A stretch of 64,000 nt of DNA from Eledone cirrhosa (taxonomy: Eukaryota), in NCBI GenBank assembly GCA_964016885.1, contig OZ024743.1, positions 283,030,001 through 283,094,000 on the forward strand, written 5' to 3'. How positions within the stretch are numbered: position 1 is the stretch's first letter; every line of letters starts with the position of its first letter. The position numbers and the translations under genes are program-made. Under the pieces are notes generated by a model. That model was not told the DNA's origin and did no database searches. It was given only the letters and a program-made list of their open reading frames with translations. Shown piece by piece: positions 15,834 to 31,102 of this stretch.

Positions 15834-17395
15834 CAGTGCCCCGCAAAGTTTACAACACATTAGGAAAAGTGTGGTTTTAGGTATTTTTAATAAAGTTAGG
15901 GTAATGAAAATTTAACTACTGATAGAACATATAATGAGGCATTTAATGATACAATCATATTTAAAAAAAAATAACAAGGAAATAACTCATTATGAAAAAT
16001 CAATATTTTTATAACGCAAAAGTTTACAACACATTTATTAAATCATCTCTTAATATTTCGTAGCGTAACCTTTGTTGCTAATTATAGCCTGTAGGCGTTT
16101 GGAGTAGCCTCCTACAAACTTCTTGCATGTTTCTTGGCTAATATTTTTCCATTCTTCACAACAAATTTTCTTTAGTTCAGGGATATTTTGGGGTTTCCTT
16201 TTTTGAATTCTGAGTTTCAGTTCTCTCCACAAATTTTCGATCGGGTTAAGATCTGGAGACTGACTTGGCCATTTTAGAACATTTATTCCATTCGTACTTA
16301 ACCAAGATTGTGTTAGTTTTGCAGTATGCTTTGGATCGTTATCTTGTTGAAAAAACCAACCTGGCTTTAAGCTGAGAGAATGTGCACTTTGATGTAAATT
16401 CCTTTGCAAAATACCTCTATAATAAGCGGCATCCATTCTTCCTTCTATTATTTCAATATTTTCTACACCTGTGGCGCTAAAGCAACCCCAGACCATGATT
16501 GATCCACCTCCAAATTTTACAGTTGGAATAGTATTCTTCGGCGAATATTCAGTACTTTACTTTCTCCAGTTCAATTTTTGTTTCGTCCGACCAAAGTACA
16601 CCTTCCCAAAATGACGCAGGTTGGATGAGATCATTTGCAAAGTTTAATCGACGAAGAACGTGTTTCCTCGTAAGAAGTGGTGTTTTCCTTGGAGATCTCG
16701 AGAAGATATTATATCGACGAAGTGAACGACTAATTGTATCTGTGCTCACTTTTACTCCACTTTCTTCTAGGTCATCCTGAAGATTTTTAAGAGTACACCG
16801 GGGTTCGTTGCCAACCTTTCTCGTCCATAACCGAGCTGCACGTTCCGTTATCTTTCTAGGACAACCAGAACTAATTAGAGGACAGATGGAATGATGAGAT
16901 TTCCAGTGACGAATTATTGTACCAACTGAACTCAATGGCACATTTAACTGACAAGATATCTTTCTATAACCAACACCATTTGTATGAAGGTCTACAATGC
17001 TTTTACGGAGGTCTTGATCAATCAGTTTATTTTTCCCCATATTGTCAATGTTTACAGGATGGTTGTCAGACAAATAATGACGTAATGTTTTTAATAGTCC
17101 TTAGAAGTTACCTTAAACCTAATCTAGAACATTCTACTGAATTTTAAATCTGAAAATTTAAGAATTTTCTTGAAAAAAAGCGATAAATATAAAATGTGTT
17201 GTAAACTTTTGCGTCATAAAAATATTGATTTTTCTTCATGAGTTATTTCCTTGTTATTTAAAAAAAAATATGATTGTATCATTAAATGCCTCATTATATG
17301 TTCTATCAGTAGTTAAATTTTCATTACCCTAACTTTATTAAAAATACCTAAAACCGCATTTTTCCTAATGTGTTGTAAACTTTTGCGAGGCACTG
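15834..17395 (-). mobile_element. Tc1-family DD34E DNA transposon with ~200 bp IR/DR terminal repeats
   Basis: CAGTG...CACTG ends flanked by TA. TIRs at about 15834-16036 and 17192-17395, each with two copies of aaagtttacaacacatt. Confidence 0.95.
16050..17073 (-). pseudogene. Tc1 transposase, frameshifted
   Basis: HTH region, WSDETK, QQDNDPKH and SPDLNPIE (34 residues from D to E). Deletion or frameshift plus a stop after KIEL near 16550-16570. Confidence 0.93.
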
Positions 17396-17589
17396 TATAT
17401 ATACACATACATATATACACAATATATACATACACACATATACATTAATAACAATAATAATAATAATAATAATAACAACAATAATAATAACGACAACAAC
17501 AACAATAATAATATACTTATACATATATATATACACACACACGCACACACATAAACATACCTATACACACACACACGATAGCAACTAAC

Positions 17590-18682
17590 AGCGCTGCGAT
17601 CGAATGTGGCTTTTTAGCCCAGCCAATGATCTAAAATGTTTTTAACAGAGTCGGCAACCAAAACATTCACTGGGAATCCGGCTGTGGTTGGAGTTCGTGT
17701 ACTTTTGCATGTCGCTTGAGCCCTCCTGCTGATTTACATTCTCTACCACATGTTTGACAAGCATGATGAGTAGCATCTCCAACAGCAGCCTGGTAGTCAA
17801 CCACTGGTCTTACTTTATGACTGCGAAGATGACTTTCGAGTCCAGCTTTGCTTAGGCAGAGTCTCGCACAGACGCTGCATGTCGGCACCATAGGAGGACC
17901 CTCGCCGTCTGGAAGTGCAACAGCAATGCCCTTCCTCACATCCCGCTTTACTTTCTCGTATGCGATTCGAGATGCCTCAAAGGCAACTTTTCCCTCATAT
18001 ACAGTCTTTCTCCATTTATTACGATCAGCAGCAATATTTTCCCATGTATCAGCAGAGATGTTAGCGTCTTTCAAAGAGGCTTTCAAGGAATCCTTATACC
18101 TCTTTTTTGGTTTATGTGGCGGTCGTTTTCCTTTAACCAACTCTCCATAAAAGAGTTGTTTTGGTATTCTAGAATCCTTCATCCTGGCAAGGTGACCACT
18201 CCAACGGAGTCGTTGCTTAAGCACAAGAGCTTCTATACTGTCACACATAGAGCTTTCCAAAATCTCGACATCACTGATGTGGTCCCTCCAGTGAACGCCA
18301 TGGATCCGTCTGAGACACATCTGATGGAAACGCTCCAATTGCTTAAGGTGGTGTCGATATGTGACCCAGGTCTCGCAGGCATAAAGAAGACAAGAGAGCA
18401 CACATGCCTTGTACACCTTTACCTTTGTCCTCCTGCATATGTCGCCTTTGTCCTCCTGCATATGTCGCCTTTGTCCTCCTGCACATGTCGCCTTTGTCCT
18501 CCTGCATATGTCGCCTTTCTAGCTTTCCGAAAGCATCACTTGCTTTCCTAATCCTAAGTGAGATTTCACTGTCAAGGTTGCTGTATCGATTGACAGTGCT
18601 TCCTAGGTAGACAAACTGATCAACCACACCAAGTCGTTTACCATACACATAGATATTTGGTTCAGTGTACTGCTTACCAGGG
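17590..18682 (-). pseudogene. RTE-clade LINE 3' portion with tandem C2H2 zinc fingers
   Basis: FVYLGS, LLYACETW and LRWSGHLARM motifs, followed by CSVC..H..H and CQTC..H..H; 5'-truncated. Confidence 0.88.
18422..18517. repeat. 23-bp tandem repeat x4 inside the RTE ORF
   Basis: cctttgtcctcctgcatatgtcg repeated four times. Confidence 0.9.
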
Positions 18683-18854
18683 GCATACATACATACATAC
18701 ATACACACACACATACATACATACATATATACATACATACATACATACATACATACATACGCACACACATACATACATACATACATACATACATACATAC
18801 ATACATACATACATACATACATACATACATACATACATACATACATGCATATAT

Positions 18855-19090
18855 AGCTTCATACCCATCATTATTGGAGCTACGGGTTATATACCAACCC
18901 GCTTGGACCAAAGTATGACTGAACTTGGATTTGCGGACAAATAGCGCAGCTCCCTAATTCATAGTCTACAAATGGTTGCGATAGCTGGCACCTTCAAAAT
19001 TTGCAAAACAATCTTGCGATTCAAGGGATGACAATTTCTTTTCTTTCACAACCTTGCCACCAGGAAGGTGGCCGGTAAAAAAAAATATAC
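18855..19090 (+). pseudogene. C-terminal fragment of an RLE-type non-LTR retrotransposon (R4/NeSL-like)
   Basis: FIPIIIGATGYIP...LGF...LQMVAIAGTFKICKTIL with an internal stop. Confidence 0.6.
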
Positions 19091-19545
19091 TCGAAATTAA
19101 GAGAAAGAGATAAACATACATACATACATACATACATACATACATACATACACACACACACATACATACATACATACATACATACACACACACACATACA
19201 TACACACACACACACATACATACATACATACATACATACATACATACATACATACATACACACACACATACACACACACATACATACATACACACACACA
19301 TACATACATACACACACACACACACATACATACATACACACACATACATACATACATACATACACACACACATACATACATACACACACACACATACATA
19401 CATACATACATACACACACACATACATACACACATACATTATGTTAATGACAAAATACCACGTAAATAAATCTGCAATATGATGTAAACACTGACATAGA
19501 CAGATAACAAATTCACCATGGTTTGGGGTGGATGTACTTCAGACC

Positions 19546-20113
19546 CACCACTACCACCACTACCACAACTACTACTACAACCATCACCACCACCACCCCT
19601 AATACCACCACTTCAACCACCACCACCACCACCACCACTACAACCATCACCACCATCACCACTAATACCACCACTACAACCACCACCACCACCACCACCA
19701 TCACTACTACCACCACTACAACCACCACCACCACCACCACCATCACCGTCACAGTCACCATCACCACCACCACCATCACTACCACCACCATCACTACTAC
19801 CACCACTACAACCATCACCACCACCACCACCATCATCACTACCACCACCACTACAACCAACACCACCACCACCACCACCACCACCACCACCACTACAACC
19901 ATCACCACCATCACCACTAATACCACCACTACAACCACCACCACCACCACCGTCACCATTACCACCACCACCATCACTACAACCATCACCACCATCACCA
20001 CTAATACCACCACCACCACCACCACCATCATCACTACCACTACCACTACAACCACCACCACCACCGTCACCACCACCACCAACATCATCACCACTACCGC
20101 CACTACAACCACC

Positions 20114-20181
<68 letters not shown>

Positions 20182-20197
20182 AACCACCGTCACCACC
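19546..20197. repeat. Compound (ACC/ACT/ATC)n trinucleotide repeat
   Basis: Direct inspection. Confidence 0.95.
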
Positions 20198-20377
20198 AAG
20201 GGAGCTTTTATGTATACTAGCCAAATTTTCACCAAGAAACTCTCTACTAACTTCAAAAGAGAAACAACAACGACCATAGTAAATTATCAACTGAACAAGC
20301 TAACAATGAAACCTCCATGAAGTTGTTTTAACTGCTAGAAATAGCTGCCAAATCTCCCTGAATCCACACCTTAGACC

Positions 20378-21178
20378 AACGTTTCTCAACCTATTTAATT
20401 TTGTGGAACCTTTGGAATAATTTTCATGTCTCAGAGAACTCCTGCATAAATATTATTACATGGTGGATTGGCAGTATCGGTAGAGGGTCGGACGCCATGC
20501 TTTCCAGCATAGTTACGTCCCATTACGATCCGAGTTCAAATCCCGCCGAGGTTGACTTTGTCTTTCATCCTTACGGAGTCGATAAAATAAACTACCAGTA
20601 ATACACTGGGATAATCGTGGCCTTGTGCCAAAAGTAGAAACAATTATTAATATCTAATAGTTCAAATTCCGCCGAGGTTAACTTTGCCTTTCATCCTTAC
20701 GGGGTCGATAAAGTACCAGTCACACTGGGGTCGATTTAATCGACTTTCCCCTCCCCCAAAATTGCTGGCCTTGTGTCTATATAAGAAACCATTATTAATA
20801 TCTAATAGGGCGGTGGATTGGCAGTATCTGCAGAGCGTCAGACGCCATGCTTTGCAGCATAGAGTTATGGCCCTTTTACGTTCTGAGTTCTAATCCCGCC
20901 GAGGTTAACTTTGCCTTTCATCCTTACGAGGTCGATAAAATAAAGTACCAGTAATGCACTGGATAATTGCTGGCCTTGTGCCAAAAGTAGAAACAATTAT
21001 TAATATCTAAAAATAGAAAGAAAAAAAAGAAAAAACAAAGAAAAAAATAGACAAAAAATAGAAACAATTATTAATGTCTAAATGCATTAGCTTATTTATC
21101 ACTGGGATGTCTCGCGGAACCCCTCGCGTACTCTAGGGGCTCCCTGGCGTTCTTGGGAACACCAATTGAGAAACGTTG
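20378..21178. mobile_element. hAT/Charlie-like MITE carrying three nested SINE copies
   Basis: TIRs caacgtttctcaa / ttgagaaacgttg next to a tctag-like target; SINE copies at about 20461-20645, 20659-20795 and 20808-20999. Confidence 0.7.
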
Positions 21179-21445
21179 CTCTAGGTAGTCCTAGACACAC
21201 TAAACCCGACACAAAAAAACGTTATGGCTGGAATGTTTGTTTGCGCTAGATCAGTGTTGGCCTGGGACTAAATTACAAGAATAACAAACTGAAAAATATA
21301 TGAGATCACAGTCGTTTAACGAAGGCGTATCTACATAGTTACTCGACGTGCTTGTAATGGCAGTCAATTTTCCTTCAAACAACACAGTGACTTCTTAAAT
21401 AATGTAATCCTGGATAACTTTAAAGACACAGAATGGTCATAGCTA

Positions 21446-21844
21446 CAGATGTGTCAACTCTCTCCGAACGGTGGGGATATCTCCCATCCACTTTGGGCTG
21501 GGTGAGAGATGTCTTCTCTTGTGAAAATGGGTATAGCTTTCATTATGTAAAATCTCCCCCTTTTGCCCCATTTCTCCTCGTTTTGGGGCACTTCTTTTTC
21601 ATGGTACTCTTCGTTTGGCACGTCCCCCCACCAAAAAATAAATGATGTTTTTCTCTCCAAACTACAAAAACACACATCTATTTATATATGCACTACAGTT
21701 TATGTACATGTTATGTTTATCGCATATCGAATTTTTTTATATCTTGATTGATATTTGATAATAACAGCTAAACTAATCACTACAATTAAATTCGCCAAAT
21801 CCCCCCCCCCCCCTCCCCATTCAGAAATACTTCGACCGCCTCTG
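21446..21844. mobile_element. Chimera of two MITE families
   Basis: 21446-21620 matches the 58-250 family; 21620-21844 matches 36507-36759. Confidence 0.6.
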
Positions 21845-22099
21845 CAACATCATTATGATCTCAGTCAAAACTACTATCTGAATATCCATCACATCTTCAC
21901 TAATATCACCACCGCCGACGCCGTCGCCACCACCGCCTCCATCATGTATGTAACAATCATATAACAATAAAAACAATAACGATGTATTGCTTGTCTTAAG
22001 ATCACTATTTGGGAGATATCGTAATAATTTGCATTGGCATCAATGGATGTCTTGGTCTTAATTTTAGTCTTAGGTCCTCATGCGTTGGGTAGCACATTG

Positions 22100-23175
22100 A
22101 GCAACAAGCATCTTGCAGCGCATACGATCCGCTGCTGCTCTATCACATCAATTTCTGGTGGTGATGGTGGCCTCCAGATCGTCTGGAAGTCTTCGATTTG
22201 CCATTTTTAGTTTGCATCCCTGAGGAAACGAAGCCATCGTTGTTTTCGAGTGCCGGTGATCGAGTAAACGGAGAATATGGTCAGTCAGTTGGAACAATCA
22301 TTCTGTAATTATTTCTTGCAGCCATTGTGATACTGCTTTCCTCGGAATCTCTTCATTTATAATTCGGTCACACCAGGTGGCCTTCATGATCTTTATGAGG
22401 CATCTTTGATGGAATGCATTCAACTTTCTGTCAATCTTTGCCGGGCTTTTACAGATCTTAATGACACGTGACGCTGTAAGTACAATTATGGTACTGTATA
22501 GGCGCAGCTTGACATCTGTACCGATAGTTGAGGCTGACCAGACAAAGTGCATTCACTGGAATATTATTACCATTTTTCGGTGGATTGGCAGTATCGATAG
22601 AGTCGGACACCATGCTTTGCAGAATAGAGTTACGGTCCTTTACGGTCTGAGTTCAAATCCCGCCGAGGTTAAGTTTGCCTTTCATCCTTACGGGGTTGAT
22701 AAAATAAAGCACCAGTAACGTACTGAGTGGATTTAATCGACTTTCCCTTCCCCCCAAATTACTGACCTTGTGCATATACTAGAAATAATTATTACCATTT
22801 TCCCAATTCTGTTGTTGACGCCCAGTTCACCTTTGCCATTGCTGCTTAGAACGCTAGTCATGTAGGTGAAGTAGTTGACATCGTCTAACTCTTGTTGGTT
22901 CACCTTGACTGCTTCCAGGTCAATATTGTTGCTTATCTTCGTCACCTTGATTTCCTTGATGCTGATCACCACCCCGATCATCTCGGCATTTTACTGCAGT
23001 AATGCTGTTAGCTGCAGCAGATCTGCACTGGTTTCTGCTATCAAGGTGGTGACATCAGCGAAGACTAGATCCCTCAGTCTTACCTGTCTTCTCCACGGTA
23101 TTCCATGGCTGAGTTCACCTCCAATCCTATTCAATACAAAATCGGCAGCCAGAAGAAGTAAAAGGGAAGAAGCGA
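22100..23175 (-). pseudogene. Decayed RTE LINE fragment split by a SINE
   Basis: VKLRLYSTII...AFHQRCL..IMKATWCDRIINEE and LVFADV-like motifs; SINE at 22577-22790. Confidence 0.7.
22577..22790 (+). mobile_element. Nin-domain SINE
   Basis: Full-length homology to the family. Confidence 0.85.
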
Positions 23176-23182
23176 GAAACTA

Positions 23183-23353
23183 CCGTATTTCCCGGCATCG
23201 AAGACACTACTTTTCCCCACTAAAATAAGTCTAAAAAATCTATCATGCGTCCTGGAGGCTGAAGGTTGTTTATTATTTTTTTTTTTAATTTTTGATTGTC
23301 AAAATTAGGGTGCGTCCTCGAGGACGAAGCGTCTTCTGCGCCGGGAAATACGG
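23183..23353. mobile_element. Tc1/mariner-superfamily MITE with CCGTA termini
   Basis: TIR ccgtatttcccggc / gccgggaaatacgg with TA on both sides; degenerate relative at about 46610-46805. Confidence 0.8.
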
Positions 23354-23864
23354 TATATATAGTAAGACAACGTTATGCTCTACTGTTACTGCTACTCCAT
23401 TAGTCATTCTACTGTACGACATTAATATTGCATACCACTCTACAGTTAGTTAAGGGTGTAGCTGATTAGATCAACCTTAGTACCTAACTGATATATATTC
23501 TATCCACCCTCAGAAGGAAAAGTTAATGTTGGCAGCATATAAATAATACAGTATGTAACGAAATGCTGCAGGGTATTTTGTCTGTTACGATTATCATTCT
23601 TATTGCTTTTCATAATAAATATCGTAACAAAAATAATAAAGATTTCTGATATTGGTACAGAGCTATAACTTTCTTGGTTAGTCGTATTGTGGTATACAAT
23701 GAACTCCAGTAGAACAGCAACAACAACAAGAGCAACATACGTAGGAATGGCAGCAGAAGCAGCAGCAGCAGCAGCAACAACGCCCACAGCAGCAGCAACA
23801 ACAGCTGCTGCAACAATAACGACAGCAACAAAAGAAGAAGAAGAAGATCATCATTAGATATTTC

Positions 23865-24241
23865 TTTAACCCGTAACTCCTGGTAGAGTCGTAGTGCCGT
23901 ACGACATTTCTTGGGCATTTTAAAACCTGACGGAGCCCATCTCCTCTCCAGGTCTGAACATAACCTATTTCTTCCAGAGAAGGGGAGAGAGAGTGATAGA
24001 GAGAAGGGGAGAGAGAGTGATAGAGAGAAGGGGAGAGAGAGTGATAGAGAGAAGAAGTGAGAAAGAGATATAGAGGAAGAAACGATCCAGTACTGGACTG
24101 GCACTCTTTTTTATCGACCCCGTAAGGATGAAAAACAAAGCTAACCTCGGCGGCATTTGAACTCAGAATGTAAAATGCCATAACTCTATGCAGCAGAGTA
24201 TGGGCGTCTGACCCTCTTCTGATACTGCCAATCCACCGCCC
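23865..24241 (-). mobile_element. Nin-domain SINE with alternative 3' tail
   Basis: SINE head at 24085-24241; tail at 23865-23980 shared with 30977-31100 and 34825-34918. Confidence 0.7.
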
Positions 24242-24888
24242 TAAAGCTAAACTTAATAATACACAGCAATTAACGTGGAATCTATTTCCATCACAATTAC
24301 ATGATGGATTTTCCTGACAACTAAAATTAACATTTTAATTATTAACGATCACTTATAACTTTTGGCACTACTATTTTTATTATGAGAAACATGCTAATTT
24401 CTATGGTGCTAATTTAAATGTGTTTTGTTTTCCTAGTGTGAAAGAAAACAGTTTTAAGTATGTTTTCTTTGTGTGTTTAGTTTCATCTCACTATGCACCG
24501 AGTTAAAATCTTATCGGTAATCTTTGCCTTTCTTTACTTTCTGATCTTAATAAAATAAACACTGATCATGCACTGTGGCTCATACATTCTACTATAGTCT
24601 CCACCACCCTACAAATATATTCGAACTGTTCACAGAATACATGAAAAACATGTTTTAAAATATTTAATATCTAATATTTGATAAGATTGATATACCAATC
24701 GAAACCTGTTATATTTAATGCAACAGTTATAATTGTTTCTACTTTAGGCATAAGGCCAGCAATTACTCAGTGCATTACTGGTACTTTATTTTATCGACCC
24801 CGTAAGGATGAAAGGCAAAGTTAACCTCGGCGGGATTAATAATCTTCAAATATACTTCTGTGCATTTTCACCTTCACTTTTTAACTAT

Positions 24889-24921
<33 letters not shown>

Positions 24922-24922
24922 C

Positions 24923-24984
<62 letters not shown>

Positions 24985-24987
<3 letters not shown>

Positions 24988-26840
24988 GAGGTAGAACACT
25001 GGAAGGTAATATCCGTAGTGGTAGAGCACTCAGTCCATGGGACGAGTTAGATAGAAGTGGTAACACAACAGTTAGTTCACCATACCGAGAACAATTGTTT
25101 CACCTTAGCGGATCCTCAGCTCGTAATGGTCATGGTTATAGGGAATCGGAAGGACAACCGTATGAACGCGCATGCGCAGAAACGGTCACTTCACCCAAGC
25201 AATACAAAACTGCGGGCGAAAGGTGTAAGGGAGGAAACTGCGAAAGTCCGAAAAGTAGTTCTAGTTGATAAGAAAATTAGGATGTTGCTGTTATTCAATC
25301 AGGAGCTTTGTAGTTATGTAAGCGGTGTTTCCAGACATGTGGACAACGTGTGAAGATTTCATTTCTTGAGTTTACGCAATATCTATTGCGTAATCTCCTT
25401 AGAATATTTATCCGTTCATCAATACATAGTCCACAAGACGGATTGCCCCTTGCGTATGGCTTGGACTTAGTGATGGCTTTCCATTGAATGGAGTAGTCTA
25501 TACTTGAGTCCTTGGGAGACCATACGTGGCTCGCGAGTTTCGTAGATGATCGTTTGTCCGGGTACCTAAAGGTCGACTGATGGTTCAGGAAGCGTTCCTT
25601 AAATCGGCCCTCCGCCATACCTACATAGGATTTGACCTCCTGTGGTTGATTTGGTTGGTTGCTGTTGAAGGGGACAAGCTTCAGGCTTTCAGCAAGAGCA
25701 CCCTGGTGGGGTAGGGTGGGGGGTGGGTGCTGCTCTTAGGGCTGTTGGTGATGTGGTCCTTCATATTCTTAGTGCAAAAGTACCTTAGTTTTACTCTGTG
25801 TCTGTTAAAGATGGAGCGGTATTTGTGACCTATGGGAAAGTGTTTATCTATGAGGGCTAAAAATGTTTTTCCTACATTAGTTTTAACGTTGAGTGAGAAG
25901 GGAGGAGAGAACCAGATAGTTTGTTTATTGTTTATTGTTACGCTTTCTTTTCTTATTGCTGTTGTTGTTAGTGGGAGAGTAAGTGATAGGTTGCGAGAAG
26001 CCGCTGTTAGCTAACGCCATGTTATAGTAGGGTGCCGCCCTGTCAAAGATAGCTTTATTAGAAGAGAGGTTAGAGATTCTAGTACTGATATTATTTATGA
26101 AGTTTCTAAAAACAGTGGTAGGGTGGCATGAGTCCTTGTGAATGTAATTGAGTTTTTCGTTAAGCTTATGAAAGGGTCTGTAGGTGTGTGTGCGAAGTCT
26201 AAATTAATGTCTAAGAAATCTACGCTAGAGAGGTTGGTAGCTACTGTTATCTTAAGTCCTAACTCATTAAAGGTAGAAGTTAAGTCTTTTTTAAACCGGT
26301 CGAGGTCGTGACCACTTTTATGGCTCGATAAGGTCAGGCCATCGTCGCGGTATATTCCCGTGTGGAAGTCCGGGAATCTAACACGTAATATGTCTAAAAT
26401 AAATAGGCCAACCAAGTCGCATACGCACTGTCAAACGATCCCATGGAGACGTCGAATAGTTCTGAAGTGATTGACTTCTTTGCCCAGGCTACTCAGTTGT
26501 TGAAGAGGAGGGTTTTCCGGCAGTGAGCGATGATTTCCCTGTCTAAAATATGGACGGTAGTGTAAGTGGTAGCAAAGTCCAACGCTTTGTTTAACAGGGT
26601 CTCAGATCGACGGGTAAAAATCTACAATGTCGAATTGCGTGAACTTCGCTATTTTGGATTTGAAGGAGTTAAACGACTTAATGACGGAGTCGCTGTTCTC
26701 TCACTGGGACAGGTTGGACTTGGTCCTAATGGTCTTAACTTGTTTCTAAGTATAGCCTTACTGACTAATCCAATTTCCGTGCGTGCCGGGTTTAGTAGTC
26801 TACACGTGGGATTAACACCATTCAACCATTCCTTTCAAAG
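24985..26840 (-). mobile_element. Second Penelope-like element, 5'-truncated, frameshifted and internally deleted
   Basis: GIYRDDGL, VDFLDINL, IWFSPPFS, YVGMAEGRFKERFLNH, CGLC and CPH; ends at (TA)n. Confidence 0.9.
25079..25130 (-). ncRNA. Minimal type I hammerhead ribozyme
   Basis: accattacgag-CTGAGGA-tccgctaaggt-GAAA-caattg-TT-ctcggtatggt. Confidence 0.85.
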
Positions 26841-27301
26841 GGTCATGACCTCAACTAAAGTGAGTTATTTTTCATCTTAACATCATATGGGAAAAAAACA
26901 ATCTGATTGGTTTGTTCTTCAGCTACCTCCAAATAAGGTCATAGAACTCAATTTACTACTAATTTTGAATAAAATTCTCATTGCTTTTGACAACAGCTGG
27001 TGATATACATGTAAGTAAATATTTTCTTTATCTGATATTTTGTAACTAACCTTACATAGATCGATAACGAAGTATGGTTACGATGTATTATCATCACCTA
27101 GAAACGACCGTAAAGCAGTGAAGTATATTTCTAATGACTTGAATTTTTATTTCATTGTTTTAACTTATATCATGACCCTGTTTTCCTTTTAATGTTTTAT
27201 TGTTTTCCGGGATTTATTTCAACCTACAACATTTTAAACATATGGATTGCATTGAGTTCTTCATGCAGACTGGACCCCACAACTTACCGTGGATATCTCT
27301 C

Positions 27302-28864
<1,563 letters not shown>

Positions 28865-29232
28865 CGTCAAAAACCATTATATTGCAGACTCCTGCAATAG
28901 GAATTTGTCGATTTGGATTTGCAGAAACCTAGCGTTGATGTTGCGTGTGATATTGTGATATATATTGTGGATACACGATGTAAGTTATATATTTTAAACT
29001 CAGCCTCAGCGCTATGTCCAGGTCAGTATAAAAAATCTTTTCCTAGGTCCTGTATTTTCGTAGCTCTGGTAATGCGGTCGGACTGCCGACTGCTATATCT
29101 GATTTGCTAAGCTGTCTGAACGTAATGTTATTACTCTGGGGTCTTACCTCATCTGAGTGCTAAAGCTACAGACCGATTATGCATATACGCTAGCTTGGCC
29201 GTATACTAAAGCTTCGTCAATGCTGTACTAAA

Positions 29233-29315
<83 letters not shown>

Positions 29316-29364
29316 GAAATAACTGTCGAAACGGCCGGAGCTCAGCCGTCGGGGTCCTGACTCT

Positions 29365-29437
<73 letters not shown>

Positions 29438-29447
29438 ATATATATAT

Positions 29448-29636
29448 ATAATTGAATATAAAATAGAGATAAACGCAGATATAAACATACGTGTGTTCAA
29501 ATCGTAAGGGACCAAATTCGCCAGGTTGAAAAATATACTAACTATTAACTATATGGTTAATTAATAACTTGGTCCCTTACAATTTGAACACATGTATGTT
29601 TATATCTGCGTTTATCTCTATTTTATATTCAATTAT
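29448..29636. repeat. Inverted repeat, ~68 bp arms with ~53 bp spacer, between (TA)n tracts
   Basis: 29448-29515 is the reverse complement of 29569-29636 with about two mismatches. Confidence 0.85.
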
Positions 29637-29719
29637 ATTACACGGCTCAGAAGGGCCCCTTTCTTTGAGGTATTTAATTGTAAGAGACTATTTTGAGTTT
29701 CTAACTCAATATATACCTT

Positions 29720-29776
<57 letters not shown>

Positions 29777-30131
29777 AATGAAAAATGGCAACTTGTTGTT
29801 GCAAATGTGATATACAAATTCAAATGAAGAATTAGAAATAGAAGCCAGGACTATCCATCATCAGTGGTCTACTAGCCATCATAGGTATTTCTTCGCATTA
29901 AAGACCAGATACCTCAGGCTAGCGCGACCAATAACTAAAATAAGTTATTGAGATAAAAAAGAATTGGGTGGAGAAAGAGAGACAGGTAAACAAACACGAA
30001 TGGTGAGGCAACAAAAGAGAGGAAAAAATGAGAAAATCAAGTCACTGATTCATTTGAACATAAGTTGATAAGTTCATTTGAACAGAAGTTGCGAATATTG
30101 ACGAGAAGACGAAAGACATATCTTAACCATG

Positions 30132-30181
<50 letters not shown>

Positions 30182-30829
30182 ACGTAAGAAACCCGTAGTT
30201 TTATTGTTTCTTTTTTCCTTTCAATTTCATTTTCTATTTTTGATGTTTTCAAAATACTTGTTTTTGATTGCCTCTCAAAATAAGTTGAGCTTCTCTTGCA
30301 AAATAAAATTGTATATGAAACATTTAAAGCCACCTAAACTAGGATACCTCTGACATTGCAGCGAACTGGCTGGATGTAAAAACAATATCTCTGATTAAAC
30401 CTCTCCAGTAAGTACGATATTGATCTAGACATCTGCTTCTTCACTGGAATTATGTTAGTCAATCTAATTAAGAATCACGAGGTTTAAGATACTACTAATT
30501 GCTTTTAAATAGTAATTACATCTACTTTCTAAAGTTGATAGATATTTCGTTTTAGTTTTCCTTTCTTATACCGACTGTGTATGTGTGTGTGTGTGTGTCT
30601 GGATGTGTTTGTATGTGTGTGTACGTATCTGTATATGTATGTGTCCGTGTGTGTGTCTTTGTGTATGCGCCTCTGTCTGTGTGTGTGTATGTGTGCATCT
30701 CTCTCTCTCTCACCCTCTCTCTGTGTGGTGCTTTTTATAGAAATAAATTTCCGCCGAAATTTAAAGAACATTTTTTTTGCATTAATGCAATTAACATTAT
30801 ATGCTATGATATAAGCTTTTCTCAACTCA

Positions 30830-31102
30830 GTGGTGGCGTATTGACAGAACCGTTAAGAATGTCGGATAGAATGCTTTGCGGTACTCATTCCAGCTCTCTG
30901 AGTTCAAATCCAACCGAATTCAACTTTGCCTTTCGTTCATTGGAAGTCGATAAATAAAGTACCTCTTCTCTCATTCCTTCTCTGGAAGAAATCGACTGTG
31001 ATCAGACCTGGTGAGAGATGGGCTGATCCAGGTTTAAAATGCTCAAGAAACTCTGTATGTAACTACGGCGCCCCTACACCACCACTGGGAGTTACAGATC
31101 CA
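30830..31102 (+). mobile_element. Older Nin-domain SINE with alternative tail
   Basis: B-box gagttcaaatcc, Nin core, then the ctctggaagaaat...ggagttac tail. Confidence 0.65.

Noticed and set aside
19513-20320. Mucin-like poly-Thr, poly-Pro, poly-Val and poly-Gly ORFs
   Set aside because: A trinucleotide repeat open in several frames, with no flanking coding context.
20461-20999. tRNA genes suggested by gttcaaatcc B-boxes
   Set aside because: They are SINE heads with no cloverleaf.
29800-29870. Minus-strand CTGATGA in a TA-flanked island
   Set aside because: A canonical core could not be closed.
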